A stretch of DNA of 63,885 nt, filler included, from Basidiobolus ranarum (taxonomy: Eukaryota), in NCBI GenBank assembly GCA_040143965.1. It is 31 parts of 31 records of this genome, joined end to end, with 100 filler letters (N's around TTAATTAATTAA, not from the genome) between each part and the next. Parts side by side here need not be neighbours in the genome. Positions count along the whole stretch, not along the records: positions 37,220 to 39,181 come from JASJQH010010886.1; positions 39,282 to 41,242 come from JASJQH010010887.1; positions 41,343 to 43,303 come from JASJQH010010888.1; positions 43,404 to 45,363 come from JASJQH010010889.1; positions 45,464 to 47,423 come from JASJQH010010890.1; positions 47,524 to 49,483 come from JASJQH010010891.1; 25 more parts are not named here. One strand, given 5' to 3'. This document shows positions 37,385-49,583 of the stretch, one piece after another. The translations under genes were made by a program, and so were the position numbers. Below the pieces are notes generated by a model that saw only the letters and a program-made list of their open reading frames with translations, ran no database searches and was not told the DNA's origin. The stretch's first letter is position 1. Each line of letters begins with the position of its first letter.

Positions 37385-38955
37385 TTGAATTCCAAGTAAT
37401 AGCTCCATTACAGCAAAGAAATAAGTATCCTGTTGTAGATCTCCTGTCTTTAATATCTCTTCCCCAATTTGCATCTGAATATCCCATCAGTACCAAGTTT
37501 GATCCAGAATATGTATATTTTAAGCACAGATCCACAGTGCCTTTCAAATATCTGAACATCCCCTTGACTGCTATGATATGATCAGATGCATAATTTTAAA
37601 GATATTGGCATAGCACTCCCACAGAATATGCAATATCTGGGCATGGTCCAACCATGATATATATCAAACCACCAACCAGAGATTGATAAGGAAATTACTG
37701 GCTTTCATTTCAATCCAACAGTATCTGATTTGAGCCATTTTTGGTCAAGTTAAGATTTGTTGCCATTGGGCCAGATCCTGGATTACATTGTTCCTTCTTA
37801 AACTTCTTTAATATATCGAAGATATACTCAAACTGGTTTAAAGTTATTGTTTTGGTAGTTCTATCTATGTTAATTTGGATTCCAAGATAGTATGTCAGTT
37901 CACCAAGATCAGTTATTTTGAATGTGGCAGATAAGTTGGATTTGGTCTTCTCCAAAGTCTTCAAGTCATTGGTTGCTATAGTAAGAACATTTACATATAA
38001 GGCTATAAAAATGGGTTTGTCTTATCTGGCCTGAAGTAGATACTATAGTCAGCATTACTCTTTTGGAACTTGAGTGTCTCCAAAATAGCATCTATCTTGC
38101 TATTCCATGCTCTTGGATATTGTTATAAGCCAAAGAGTGTTTTCTGGAGTCTGCAGACTTTTTTAGGGTTTTCTGGGTCCCCAAATCTGTCTGGCTGGAG
38201 CATATAGATCTCCCCTGGAAGCTCACCATTCAAAAAAGCGTTTCAACATCCATTTGATATATAATAAACTGATATTTATCTGAAATTGCTTAATCAATCT
38301 GATTGAATTAAACTTTGCTATAGGAGCAAAAGCTTCAATGTAATCTATTCCTTGTGTTTGGGAGCAGTCTTTGGCTACTAGTCTAGCCTTGTATCTATCT
38401 ATATTACCACCGGAGTAGTAGTCATCTCTAAACACCCCTTGGCATCCAATTGATTTTCTATTATTGGGTAAGTTAGTCAAAATCCAAATTTGATTATAAA
38501 TCAAAGCCTGGTACTCTTCAGCCATTGCAGATCTCCATAATTCCGCATGAGAGCCATTCAGGGCCTTTATTTCAGTCTGGGGCTCATGTATTTGAGCTGT
38601 ACAGGCATAGTCCTAATTTTAGGACTCATTGATATAGTAATCAGGGCTATTTGTGATCCAATTTGATCTCTTGATTTGGGATAGAAGTACTACAACTTCT
38701 AACATTGTATTGGGCACTTTAGTAGGCAAATTCTCAGTTGAAGGGTCCACAGAATTGCTATTTCTTCATTGTTTTGATTTGACTAAATTTGAATGATTGG
38801 ATCAGGAGAAAATTGATTTTTGTCATCATCTGAGATGATTTTGGGTGACAATTTCATTTTCTTCAAGCAAAACATCCCTAGACTTGATTAACCTTGAAAG
38901 TCTTAGTATCATAGAGTCTTTAGGCCTTAGTTTGAGTATAATAACATGGAAATAT
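37385..38955 (-). mobile_element. Ty1/Copia RT-RNase H, degenerate
   Basis: DRYKARLVAK..SQTQGIDY.EAFAP; FKITDLGELTYYLGIQI; RYLKGT...GYSDANWG.DIKDRRSTTGY. Confidence 0.94.
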
Positions 38956-39181
38956 ATTGGGAAAATATGGGCTGTTTGGAGGAACTTTAGAAAAGTGGAG
39001 CTGTGAATAGTTTTGTGAGATAATTATTTATTATCCAGATATAAAGCATTTATACATTTTGATGGAAATACAGAAAACTAACACTGGGGTTATGTTCAGA
39101 ACATCTGTGGGAGTAAAATGAGGTATCTTTGGGACTATTGGGACAAGTTTGAAATTTCCAATATGGAATTGTTAATTCTCA
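38956..39181. repeat. LTR family B, reversed
   Basis: Reverse complement of the distal part of 57413-57715. Confidence 0.75.
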
Positions 39182-39287
39182 NNNNNNNNNNNNNNNNNNN
39201 NNNNNNNNNNNNNNNNNNNNNNNNNTTAATTAATTAANNNNNNNNNNNNNNNNNNNNNNNNNNNNNNNNNNNNNNNNNNNNTGAAAT

Positions 39288-39704
39288 CTAACCTGATTTT
39301 AAAGCACTACATGTCACTAAGGAGTTAACTTTCGACGAGTGGCAAAACAGTGCTTAATCAGGTCCAGCTGATGCAGAGAAACAACCATGAACAAGAGTGC
39401 CATTTCCCACATCAGAAGCAGTATCACACTCCACTTCTTGACCATTGAAACTTCCGGTTCGAATAGGAATCGTATCTTTTTGACAATATCCCCAGTTATC
39501 TTGCAGAGTAGTTCGACGTAAAAAGCACCAAGGTTTCCCTTGGTTGTCAGCCTCGGTACACCCTTGATATTGAATTCCTTTGTATACAAAACTAGACGCA
39601 CAATCAGAAAATCCAACGGTGGGATTTACTGCCGAAACCAGAGAAAGATTAGCGGCGAACAAAAAAAGCGCTGGAATCAGCGAGGAAGGTAGATATAGCT
39701 TCAT
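39288..39704 (-). CDS. Small secreted protein with a fibronectin type II-like module (ORF ends at 39354; frame continues to 39288)
   Basis: Signal-like N-terminus MKLYLPSSLIPALFLFAANLSLVSA, then CASSFVYKGIQYQGCTEADNQGKPWCFLRRTTLQDNWGYC. Confidence 0.8.
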
Positions 39705-41342
39705 GTTGAGTGTAAAGAAAGTCAGATACCACAGATATCTTAAAAAACTGGTTCAAGTTTCCCTATTGGAATAGTGATGAGCAAATCAATAATAACAAGT
39801 GAGACGGTTGAGATTAACTCGATGTAGATGGTAAGAATAAATGGCTAATTTCACTATCTAAATTCAAAGGGCACACTCCTGCTCTGAGCAAACGATAAAT
39901 AAGGGATAAGATTAACTTGATACTTGCTTTACAGGTTGTATGAAAAAGACCTGAGAACACAAGTCAAAATTAAATGCAACCAGTCTATAATCTTCAGCGA
40001 ATTTGTGGTTGAATTGTAGGTTTTCAGTGACGAAGGGAAACACCAAAAATCCGTTGCAGAAGCTATGAATTACGGAAGGAAGTATTGATTGTAAGTTTCT
40101 ATCACCAAATATGAATAAGGTAATCCGAGAGGAGATAGTTAAGGAAAAGCTCCAAGGATTGTTGAAACGGAGGAAACCACGAAAGGAGGGAAGGGTTAGA
40201 CAATCTAGAGAAGACCAAAATATGTTAAAATACTTGGATACACGATCGGATTTGGGAGAAACTAATCTTATTAAATAATTGCATGAAACCCTGCTTATAT
40301 GCACATAGTGAAGTACCAATGAATTTCGTCAATATGTCCAAGTTAAAACATATATTTCTTTAGGATAGAGTTCAAATGAATTCATTCCCTATCCAGATAA
40401 ATCTATAGCGAAGAAATTATCCCAAAACTGGTTTAATGCCATGCATTTGAGTACGTTGATAGCAGTCTCGTTAATCTTACACTCGCACACGCCCTATACT
40501 ACCTAATTGGAGGAGTCTTACTTTAATACACAGCACTAGCACTATAATGTATGCTGGGCTGTGGAGGGTGCTATATCGTATGCCGAGGTGATATAGAAAC
40601 GCATATAATCTCGGAAAGAATGAAGCCACTAGAGATTGTGAAAACCCGAATGATATACTCGTTATGTGTCTGAGTCTGCATACACTGCCTTGTGATTTAA
40701 ATTAAGTAACAAACATTCAATTTCATGGAAAAATAAGGAGCAACTTCAAAAATCACCATTAATCCAGTCCTTACTGGCACAAACCGGCGGCATGATAGGC
40801 TATAACGTCAAAATCATAGGCTGTTAAGCACATACCAGAATAACACCTGACTTACAAGTAGGAAGAAGCCTCATTACCAAAGTTCAAAATTATTGGATGA
40901 GCCTTGTGCAACATCTGATGTCAGTTACCGTTCTTGAAAGCTCTCAAACGAAGAAAACCTCCAATTTCGTAGGGATCTTCAAGCTAGCCTTCATACCAAT
41001 CATTCATGGTCATATATAGGAATGCATAAGTTCCACTTATATTAAGCCTACCAAGGCATGATTTCCAGGTTGACTAGCAGTTACATATATTTGGTATTTA
41101 GGTATTGGGTTTCAGTACACAAAGGTAACAAGAAATGAGAGGATGTTATCTTTTCCTATCACAAGTTGACTAGACGATTGTATGTCACTGTTAATTAATT
41201 CAGCATTTCTAAGGTTCAATACATGTGATATGAACAAAGAACNNNNNNNNNNNNNNNNNNNNNNNNNNNNNNNNNNNNNNNNNNNNTTAATTAATTAANN
41301 NNNNNNNNNNNNNNNNNNNNNNNNNNNNNNNNNNNNNNNNNN

Positions 41343-42497
41343 AGTTGATTTCGTCTTCTCTTTTTTTCAGTTGAGATTGGCGCTCCTTATTCTCATTGTT
41401 ACGTGGATAGTTTTGAATTTTTTCAACTTTGAGAAGTTGCGTGGTAGATGGACGAGACGAAGGCTATATTGATGGTAGAAACATGAATACTTGAAATTAA
41501 GCGAGAAATTTAGAGTGAAGATGATTAAACAGTTGAAAACCCACATTTAGTTGAAGCATGGATTTGACAACATTATTCAATTCATTGGAATAGTATGATG
41601 GAAGTCTAGGCACTGAGCCATTAAGTATCTTGTTAAAAAGAACTGCTTGAGATTGCGCTGGAAATGGAGGTCTAGAAACACAAATTAACAACTAGTGATA
41701 TGCGTAAAATGTGGGATGTAGACAATACTCACTTTAAAGCACAAATTTCATACAGAACACAGCCCAATGCCCAAATGTCCGATTTAGCATCATAGGGCTG
41801 ACCATTAATCAACTCTGGTGACATGTAGTAGGGAGTTCCAACATACGTCTTTGCAAACATAGTAGCCGGGTCGTCAAGTACTCTTGACAATCCAAAATCT
41901 CCGAGTTTTATATTGCAATCACCGTCTAAGAAAATGTTATCTGGCTTCAGGTCTCTATGTAGAATGACATGATGGTCTTTATTTGATCGCTGTGAATACC
42001 CTTGATGGCACTCGTGAAGTGCTAAGACAGTCTGCGAGAAAATATTCCATACTGCCTCTTCTTTAATGAGTTTACTATTGAAGAGAAATTAAAAGATTAA
42101 TACAAGAATGGTCAAATAGATATAACAGATATGATTACTCTTTAGCGATAAAATCATTAAGTAGAGCTCGTAAATCACCGCCTGAACAATACTCCATGAC
42201 TAAATAGAACACACCAGAATTGTGTATGAACTGTCTATCATAATAACGAACAATGTGTGGATGACGGATCTCCTTCAAGATGTTGAGCTCCGCAACAAGC
42301 TGTTGCTTTTCTTTTTCAGTGAGCTTTACATAATTGATTTCTTTGCGTGCTAGAATCTACAAGGAGCCATTAGAGGAAAATTTGGACGGTTCAGTATTAA
42401 AGTAGTCACTTACCTTTCCATCACTCTTTCTCTTCACTTTTCGCACCAATCCAAAGGAACCAGAGCCAATAACCTCGAGGGACTCGTATCTTTCCAT
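41343..42497 (-). CDS. nimA: NIMA-family (nimA/Nek2-like) Ser/Thr kinase, 5' part
   Basis: Exons 42497-42414, 42356-42139, 42074-41733, 41671-41545 and 41463 to the edge. IGSGSFG, KEINY...EKEKQQLVAELNIL, HRDLKPDNIFLD, LGDFGLSR, AKTYVGTPYYMSPE. Confidence 0.92.
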
Positions 42498-43096
42498 GAT
42501 TTATATGTCAACAATAATAAGAGAATTAAAAGGTATAAGAATACTAAATAAAGTGCAAAACCAATATAATAAGAGAATAATGGCAACAAGGTTGGTCCAA
42601 AACAAACTAACCAGCTACGCTCCAAGAGAAGAGATCTCCAAATTGTGAATTATGTATCTCACTGTTTTTGTTTTGACTCGAAAAAGTCACCACAATTCGA
42701 AATTGTTAACATTTTTCTTATATATTGATATAGATCGTCAGTCTATGAAATTCCAGAAAACGTGTAAACATGGCTACGGAACCCCATCCAATCAATTGAA
42801 TTAATACTATTGACTGGACTTGCAAAAGTTGGATTTTCTTAAGCAGGCTTGAATCTAATGGTTTGAATCAGGAATGTATTTAATTGTTTGTAGCCAACAG
42901 TTGTTGAGTGTGGCCCGACATACCCATCGGAGCTGGATAATGGTTTATCCACAGTGAGGTAGTATCTGTAGTGATATTGCAGTTGCAAGTGGTTCTAGTC
43001 AGAGAGCACATGGACTTGCCGATATGATTGTAGATAAAATATGTATATCCAAAACGTGATGATTTATTGATATTAAAAAAGTTGCCAACAACGTGA

Positions 43097-43303
43097 TTAT
43101 TGGTCAGTCTTTCTTCTAGGAGCACGACGACCGCGGTTAGCTCCAGGAACAAAGGCTTGTGCAGGAGCAGCGACGGTGACACCTGGAAGATTTTCCATGT
43201 TAAGAGACTTAAGCAGTTCCTTGGTTTCGGGGTCAACTTCAATGTTGGAAATGTCCAAAGCAGAGAATTCAGGAACGTAGTTATCTTTGCGCTCACGTTC
43301 TTC
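43097..43303 (-). CDS. RPS17: 40S ribosomal protein S17 (eS17), C-terminal part (frame missed by the ORF track)
   Basis: [42 protein letters not shown]...RKTDQ*. Confidence 0.92.
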   Translation of the reverse strand, partial: EERERKDNYVPEFSALDISNIEVDPETKELLKSLNMENLPGVTVAAPAQAFVPGANRGRRAPRRKTDQ

Positions 43304-43403
43304 NNNNNNNNNNNNNNNNNNNNNNNNNNNNNNNNNNNNNNNNNNNNTTAATTAATTAANNNNNNNNNNNNNNNNNNNNNNNNNNNNNNNNNNNNNNNNN
43401 NNN

Positions 43404-44856
43404 TTTCATACAATTGGCAATCACTGAATCAGGCAAATATCATTCATATTTGGCTTACATGCTATTGATGTCCTGTCTTAAAGTTTGAAGAAATCACCCA
43501 AATATAGATCATTGATCAAAGACCAAAGTACTCACCATAAATCTGATGGTATTACCAATGTACTTGATGAATATCACTACCAGAATCTGAGAAGTCAAGG
43601 TTTCTTTGTGAACACATATGCTCATGCATTTGCATTGCCTCTGGAAGGTTTCTAACTTCACAAATATACTGTTGAAAAGGCTTGCCGGCCAATAATTTTA
43701 ATCAACTTGGATATTCCACCTTGTGAACAGTATAAGAGTCATATTATTTTGATACTATTCATCATATCTGGACCTTAATCACCAGTGCTTACAGATAGCT
43801 TCTTGGAGCCTTTGATTGTGGAATTTGAATGGTCATCTAATAGGGTTCAGATGGGTGAATATTTTAATAAAGCTAATATCATTGAATGTATTGGTGACAA
43901 TCCTGCCAGCAATAAATGTGAAGGTTTTTGTGGGCACAATGCACTATCTTTCTGTAGATTTTGTCAAATCCATGGAGTTTACTCTAACAGGCATATGCAT
44001 TACTACTATCCAAACACACCACTAAACTTCATGATCTTACTGTCAAGAGGCTGGTCAGATTGCAACATGATCACTGAAAACAATTCACTAAATAGTCAGT
44101 CTAAGAGCAAACTTGGTATTAGCAATAAGCCTAAGATTAAATTTCTAAAGGGGATCAGCTGGAGCCAGAGCTTCCCATTGGGCACTATGCACTTACTATT
44201 AAACAACATTCCAATACTACTTACTCAGCTATAAAGTGAAGAATTCAATATGAATGAGCCATTTGAGATAGGTTCAAAGTTTGAATTGATTGGGAAAATG
44301 CTTGAAAACATCAAGATACCATCATACTTTACCAGGACTCCCATAAATATCCACTCATCTAAGCATTTATTCAAATGCAAAGACAGGAAGTATTGGATTT
44401 TTCTATATACAAGTAAAATTTGAAAAGATTTCTGCCTGATAAGTATTGGCAACATTGGGAGTTGTTTGTGGATATTGTTAACATATTCTTACAGCATGAA
44501 ATAACATTGGCAGATCTCAGGCAGATATAGCAACTGTGTGAAGATTTTGTAATTGGAAATGAAAAACTTTATTACAGGCTTAAGGAAGATGGAATAAATC
44601 TATGCTGGTATTCAATACATTCCCTGCTGCATCTTTCACTATGCTTAGAGATTATAGGCCCTTGCTAAACATTCTGGGAGTTCCCAATGGAGCACACCTG
44701 CGGTAAAATGATGCTACATGTGAAGTTGTCAGTATTACCATATGCTAATCTGATTAACAATGTATCAGCAAAATCAGTGATGGATGTTATGAGATGGGTT
44801 AAGGAGACTCCAGAGTAAATTAACCTTTGTACAAAGGGCTCCTTTCAATGCACTCA
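43404..44856 (+). mobile_element. CACTA Tnp2 transposase, longest continuous degenerate stretch
   Basis: DSFLEPLIVEF; IGDNPA..C.GFCGHNALSFCRFCQIHGV; SFPLGTMHLLLNN; HSLLHL...GPC..FWEFPME. Confidence 0.92.
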
Positions 44857-45181
44857 GGGAATGTATTTAATACCAGCATAGATTCAGTCAATCTTCTTTA
44901 GACCTGTAGTAATGTTTTCTTATCAAATTACAAAATCTTCTTGCAGTTGCTGTAACTGCCTGAGATCTGCCAATGTTAGTTGATGCCATAAAAATATATT
45001 GACAACATCCACAAACAACTTCCAACGTTGGCAATACTTATCAGGCAGAAATCCTTTTAAAATTCTACTTGAATATATACAAATCCAATACTTCCAGTCT
45101 TTGCATTTGAATAAATACCTAGCTGAGTGGATATTGATGGGAGTCCTGGTAAAAAATGATGGTATCTTGATGTTTTCAAGC
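44857..45181 (-). mobile_element. Inverted CACTA transposase fragment
   Basis: IPSFFTRTPINIH...WKYWICIYS.RILKGFLPDKY..WKLFVD. Confidence 0.88.
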
Positions 45182-45363
45182 ACTTGCCAAAACTATCATG
45201 GTTTTATTAACCAAGTAAAGCTCATCATCCAGTTACATCCCCATCACTACCTCTCTGACCAAACAAGAGTAGGCTTAGTGGGAACACTATTATCAGGAAC
45301 AGCTCTATCTTGGTTTGCCCCTTTGATGGAAACTCAATCTCCACTTCTTTCAAACTTCCTTGC
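45182..45363 (+). mobile_element. Ty3/Gypsy gag fragment
   Basis: GFINQVKLIIQLHPHHYLSDQTRVGLVGTLLSGTALSWFAPLME. Confidence 0.85.
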
Positions 45364-45565
45364 NNNNNNNNNNNNNNNNNNNNNNNNNNNNNNNNNNNNN
45401 NNNNNNNTTAATTAATTAANNNNNNNNNNNNNNNNNNNNNNNNNNNNNNNNNNNNNNNNNNNNATTAGAGCAATAAACACACGTTTTTGAATAACAGAAT
45501 TGAGTGCTAAATAATCAGAATATGAATAAACTAACTACTAAATAATGAGTTGCTATTTACCTAAT

Positions 45566-47423
45566 TTCAACATATACTAGCCCAATTGCCATTTGCTTGC
45601 AAAAACCCAGGATAAGCCACATGAAATGAGTTAAGAGCCTTCAGAGTAATGCCTGGTTTTTGGTTTTTCCACAAATGGCTCAAATCCAGGTGATTTTGGG
45701 CAAGATTCCACACAGTTTTCAAGGCGTTAAACCACTCATCATTGGAGCAAGTGACAGAAGCTCAGACAATCAGAATCTTTTGGTTTGCAGTTTTCCTGTG
45801 AGATATCTACTCTCATGTGCCCAAGCAATTTTGGGTTGTTGTGTTGGTTAAATGAACAACACATATTCTGCTCTGCTAGATTGACATGGTGACATTCATA
45901 TACATGGTGTGGGATTGATTGAAATCCCATATGAGTATGGATGGAGGGAGCAGCATGTTGTTATAGCTCAAGTACAGCATTATGAAGGTCTTGTATCATT
46001 GTTGAGTGACTTTGTAACTGTTGACTAGTTGCTTCCAAATGCTGCATTAATTGCAATATTGTGGCATTATTGCTTGTCATGGCCTGTATAATATCTTTGT
46101 AGTTTTTACTTATGATTGCATAAAAATCATTATGGTGTTCTGCCTATGATTTCCTTGTTGTAATATTTCTATTCAAATTTTCTATCAAGGGTTGTTCAAT
46201 AGTGGGCAAAGTGGCCATTTTGGTAGTTCATGGTCTTGATGATGTTTTGGTTAAACCTAGCTCAACTACTGACTTACTATGTAATTGGGGGATTACAATC
46301 TCTTTACTTGTACTATTGCTGGAAAGAAACAAATCTGGAAAATTGATTAATGCTTTATCATTACTCAAATTAGTTTCTGGCATGTCAATGCCTTCTGCAG
46401 TGGTTAGTGGATTGCTAGACTACTCATCAATTAAGTCCTCTGTTCTTGCTGGTTTTTTTCTTTTGTGCCCAGAGGCTTATGCTTCAAAGCAAAATTTGAT
46501 TTAGAATTTGAATGCTTTTTGAATGGCATTGAAATTTTCAGAGGGTAAACTTGGTATAATGAAATTGCTTAGAAACAGCTGATAATAAACCAAAATTGCC
46601 ATGTATTACTGGAAATATCTTGTAAATCCCATGATGACTCATCAGTGATGCCATCTCAGAATCAGCTGATCATATCAATGGGCTGTACCTAAATTACCAC
46701 CCTTCCATAGGAGGTGTTCTTCTTCTACAATATCCTTCTCATGCCACAACACAAATGTTAAAAGAAGCCCTGCTATTATTGTCACAAATTCTTGTGCTAT
46801 CAAAGCCAGAGGCTATATAGAAAAAAAAATGACTTGCATGGTCACTGTACAAAGCCACAACCGCACAAAGCCTGATGTATACCAACAGTAATAAGTGCTG
46901 TAAATTGACTTGAATTTTGCCCATTGAGTCCACTGACTGTACTTTGCCATAAAGTTTTGCTAACACCACCAAAAGTCAAGATACTGTGGAGTAACTACAG
47001 TTGTATGACCAGAATGATGCAGGTAGAAATGAAACTTTGATCAAACCAGTAAGTCCGGACAACTCTGAGGACTTGCTGCTAGTTGTTGACCTTGGTTATT
47101 GCAGTACCAATGGTAGTATGTGAGAAGTTGAAGAAGAGGATGATGGTTTTGTTACAGACTCTTTATTATTGGCAAACATTAGTCCACTCATAACACTTAC
47201 TATAAAGGAAGCAGCTTTGATCAATAAGGAGTGGAGAGTTCAATCCAAGCTTAGCAACCAGGTGTTTATTGGTTTTCTTATACTTTTTCCACAGTTGATT
47301 GGCAACTTTTGCTTATCACAGATCTGGTACAGGTTGAAAACACTTGGCAATTGTGTGACTTATCATCCTTCTGTAATTGAACTACCTTCATGTCAAAATG
47401 GTTGTTTGACTTTCACCAGTGAT
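45566..47423. mobile_element. CACTA central region: ORF-X (minus, ATG 46529) divergent from transposase N-terminus (plus, probable ATG 46741)
   Basis: Minus strand: MPFKKHSNSKS... Plus strand: MPQHKC*KKPCYYCHKFLC...EWRVQSKLSNQVF...SCQNGCLTFTSD, which leads into 43404 via 61700-61829. Confidence 0.82.
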
Positions 47424-47523
47424 NNNNNNNNNNNNNNNNNNNNNNNNNNNNNNNNNNNNNNNNNNNNTTAATTAATTAANNNNNNNNNNNNNNNNNNNNN
47501 NNNNNNNNNNNNNNNNNNNNNNN

Positions 47524-47719
47524 TGCTGTTCCAGGTGTTTCTATCACTGAAGCCCCATCTATCAGCACATTTGTAGCCCTCTCCATTAGCAAAATCCATG
47601 TAAGCATCGCCACCAGGAACATAAAATGAACCCTTAGAGGTTAGGTAGAAATGCCATTTCACTGCAGTTGCACTACTAACAAAGAGGCCAGCAGCAAGAA
47701 TCAAGGAAGTGAATTTCAT
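47524..47719 (-). CDS. Small secreted protein of unknown family, 5' part
   Basis: MKFTSLILAAGLFVSSATA-VKWHFYLTSKGSFYVPGGDAYMDFANGEGYKCADRWGF. A TATA-like TATATAAA lies about 50 bp upstream. Confidence 0.72.
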
Positions 47720-48812
47720 AGTTGCTTTTTAATGATAGTAATGATTTCATCCTACAACGGGGCTTTATATAGCATTAGATGGTCTTCAAATGACTAACAG
47801 AACCTGTGGTAGGCTGTTTGTAGGTAGAGTTCTAGTAGTACAGAGCTGGCATTCAAAGAGAGTTTTTGGAAATTTACTATTCCATGAGTAGATAACTAAC
47901 ACAAGCCACTACGGCTATCAATTCCTCTCAGAAGGAATTTTGATAGGTTCTAATGGCCATAAATCTGCATAGTGCACATCTATAGTAACATTGGTAGGCC
48001 ACATATCAAGATTCACAATCCCGAATTATGCATATCATGTTTACTAGAGGGCGTTTCTCACATCAGCCGGAAGTATTATGAGAGTATTGCCGTGATTTAG
48101 TAATTAATAGATAGAGCAATGTACTTAGTTCGCAGACCATGAGCTAGAAGTAATGACTTAATTATTAAATCAAAAGCGGGGTTTGAACAAATACGTAACT
48201 CCGAATTAGAAATCAACGATGCAAGTCAATACTCTAGAAGAAACCATCACACCTCTAATCCATGCTAATGTTGCTAAAACGCTAGCTTATTCATTTTCTG
48301 AAACGAGTATGGTGAGGCAGGTACGGTGCTATCTATATCCGTAAGTGTGCGATTGTGAAAGTGTGTGATTGTGATCCATTGCACACACTTCGTGGTTTAT
48401 TTGTTTATGTTGGACCGCTTCTACTAAAAGTAACAATAAGTGGTAATTTACCTTTTAATGTGATCAGAATATACCAATTTGTACAGTTGCCTGACCACCA
48501 ATCTTCGCACGTTTTACCTTCAATTCGAACCAGTAATTTGTAATGCATGTCTATTTAAGTTTACAAGCAAAGATACTCATTTGTATTCAAAGCCTATATA
48601 TTTCTAATTCAAAATACTGAACGATCTACTCTTAGTATGTATAGAGACGATGCTATCGAAACCGTAAATCATGATGACTAATGAGCGTCATTATACATTC
48701 CTAGTAATTCTTCACAGAACTTCTATTCGCCCACAAATCTTACTGTTCGCAAACCTTGAGAGGTAGAGTTTGATTAGTTCTCATCATTTAGAGAGCCAAC
48801 AAAGTAGCTAAT

Positions 48813-48892
48813 TATTCCTACTAAACCCTTACTTACCTGTTATGCATCAGTCTATTCCTACTAAACCCTTACTTACCTGTTATGCATCAGTC
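48813..48892 (+). repeat. Perfect 40-bp tandem duplication
   Basis: TATTCCTACTAAACCCTTACTTACCTGTTATGCATCAGTC x2. Confidence 0.95.
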
Positions 48893-49583
48893 TCAGCAAT
48901 ACTCCCATATGAGTCAGTATTGGATATGGTAAGCCCTGAAATTGCATTCACTAGACAAATGACTATCATTGTCCTTGCTCTTACAAGTCTTTGGGAAAAT
49001 GTGGATTCAGAGAATTTTCATGCTGCTGAGAGAGTTTATCGATATATAGATTCATCAAGTATTATCTCAATTAGTTGTTTACCAGTAATAGATATTATCA
49101 TTACTATAACCCTTTTCATCGAAGAGCAACTGTCTGTACCCCTATTTCCAACCGATATCTGACCAAAACGGAAGACTTTTAAGAGAGAAATTTGACTTAT
49201 CTGCTCCAGGACTTCGACTTAAAGGTGTCGTTATTGGTTCCCTTACTGTAGCTAGCGTATTGGATTATTCTAACGAAGAAGCTGACACCAGCAGCGAAGA
49301 AGAGGTTGTTGATACTGCAACCCCTGCCGTCAGTAATGATTGGAAAATGGAGGTTATCACTATTGACGGCCGTAATATCGGCTCATCTTACTGAAGAGTT
49401 CAACCTCTCAAACAAGGCAACTGCTTCTCCCGCCGACTATTTCTTGTTCTTTCTACCTATGAATTATATGTCGTTATTCCTAANNNNNNNNNNNNNNNNN
49501 NNNNNNNNNNNNNNNNNNNNNNNNNNNTTAATTAATTAANNNNNNNNNNNNNNNNNNNNNNNNNNNNNNNNNNNNNNNNNNNN

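Noticed and set aside
39912-40319. 135-aa minus-strand ORF next to the FN2-like gene
   Set aside because: Non-ATG start and no recognisable motif, so it cannot be supported as a gene.
48813-48892. CRISPR-like repeat
   Set aside because: Two adjacent 40-bp copies with no spacer in a eukaryotic contig: a simple tandem duplication.
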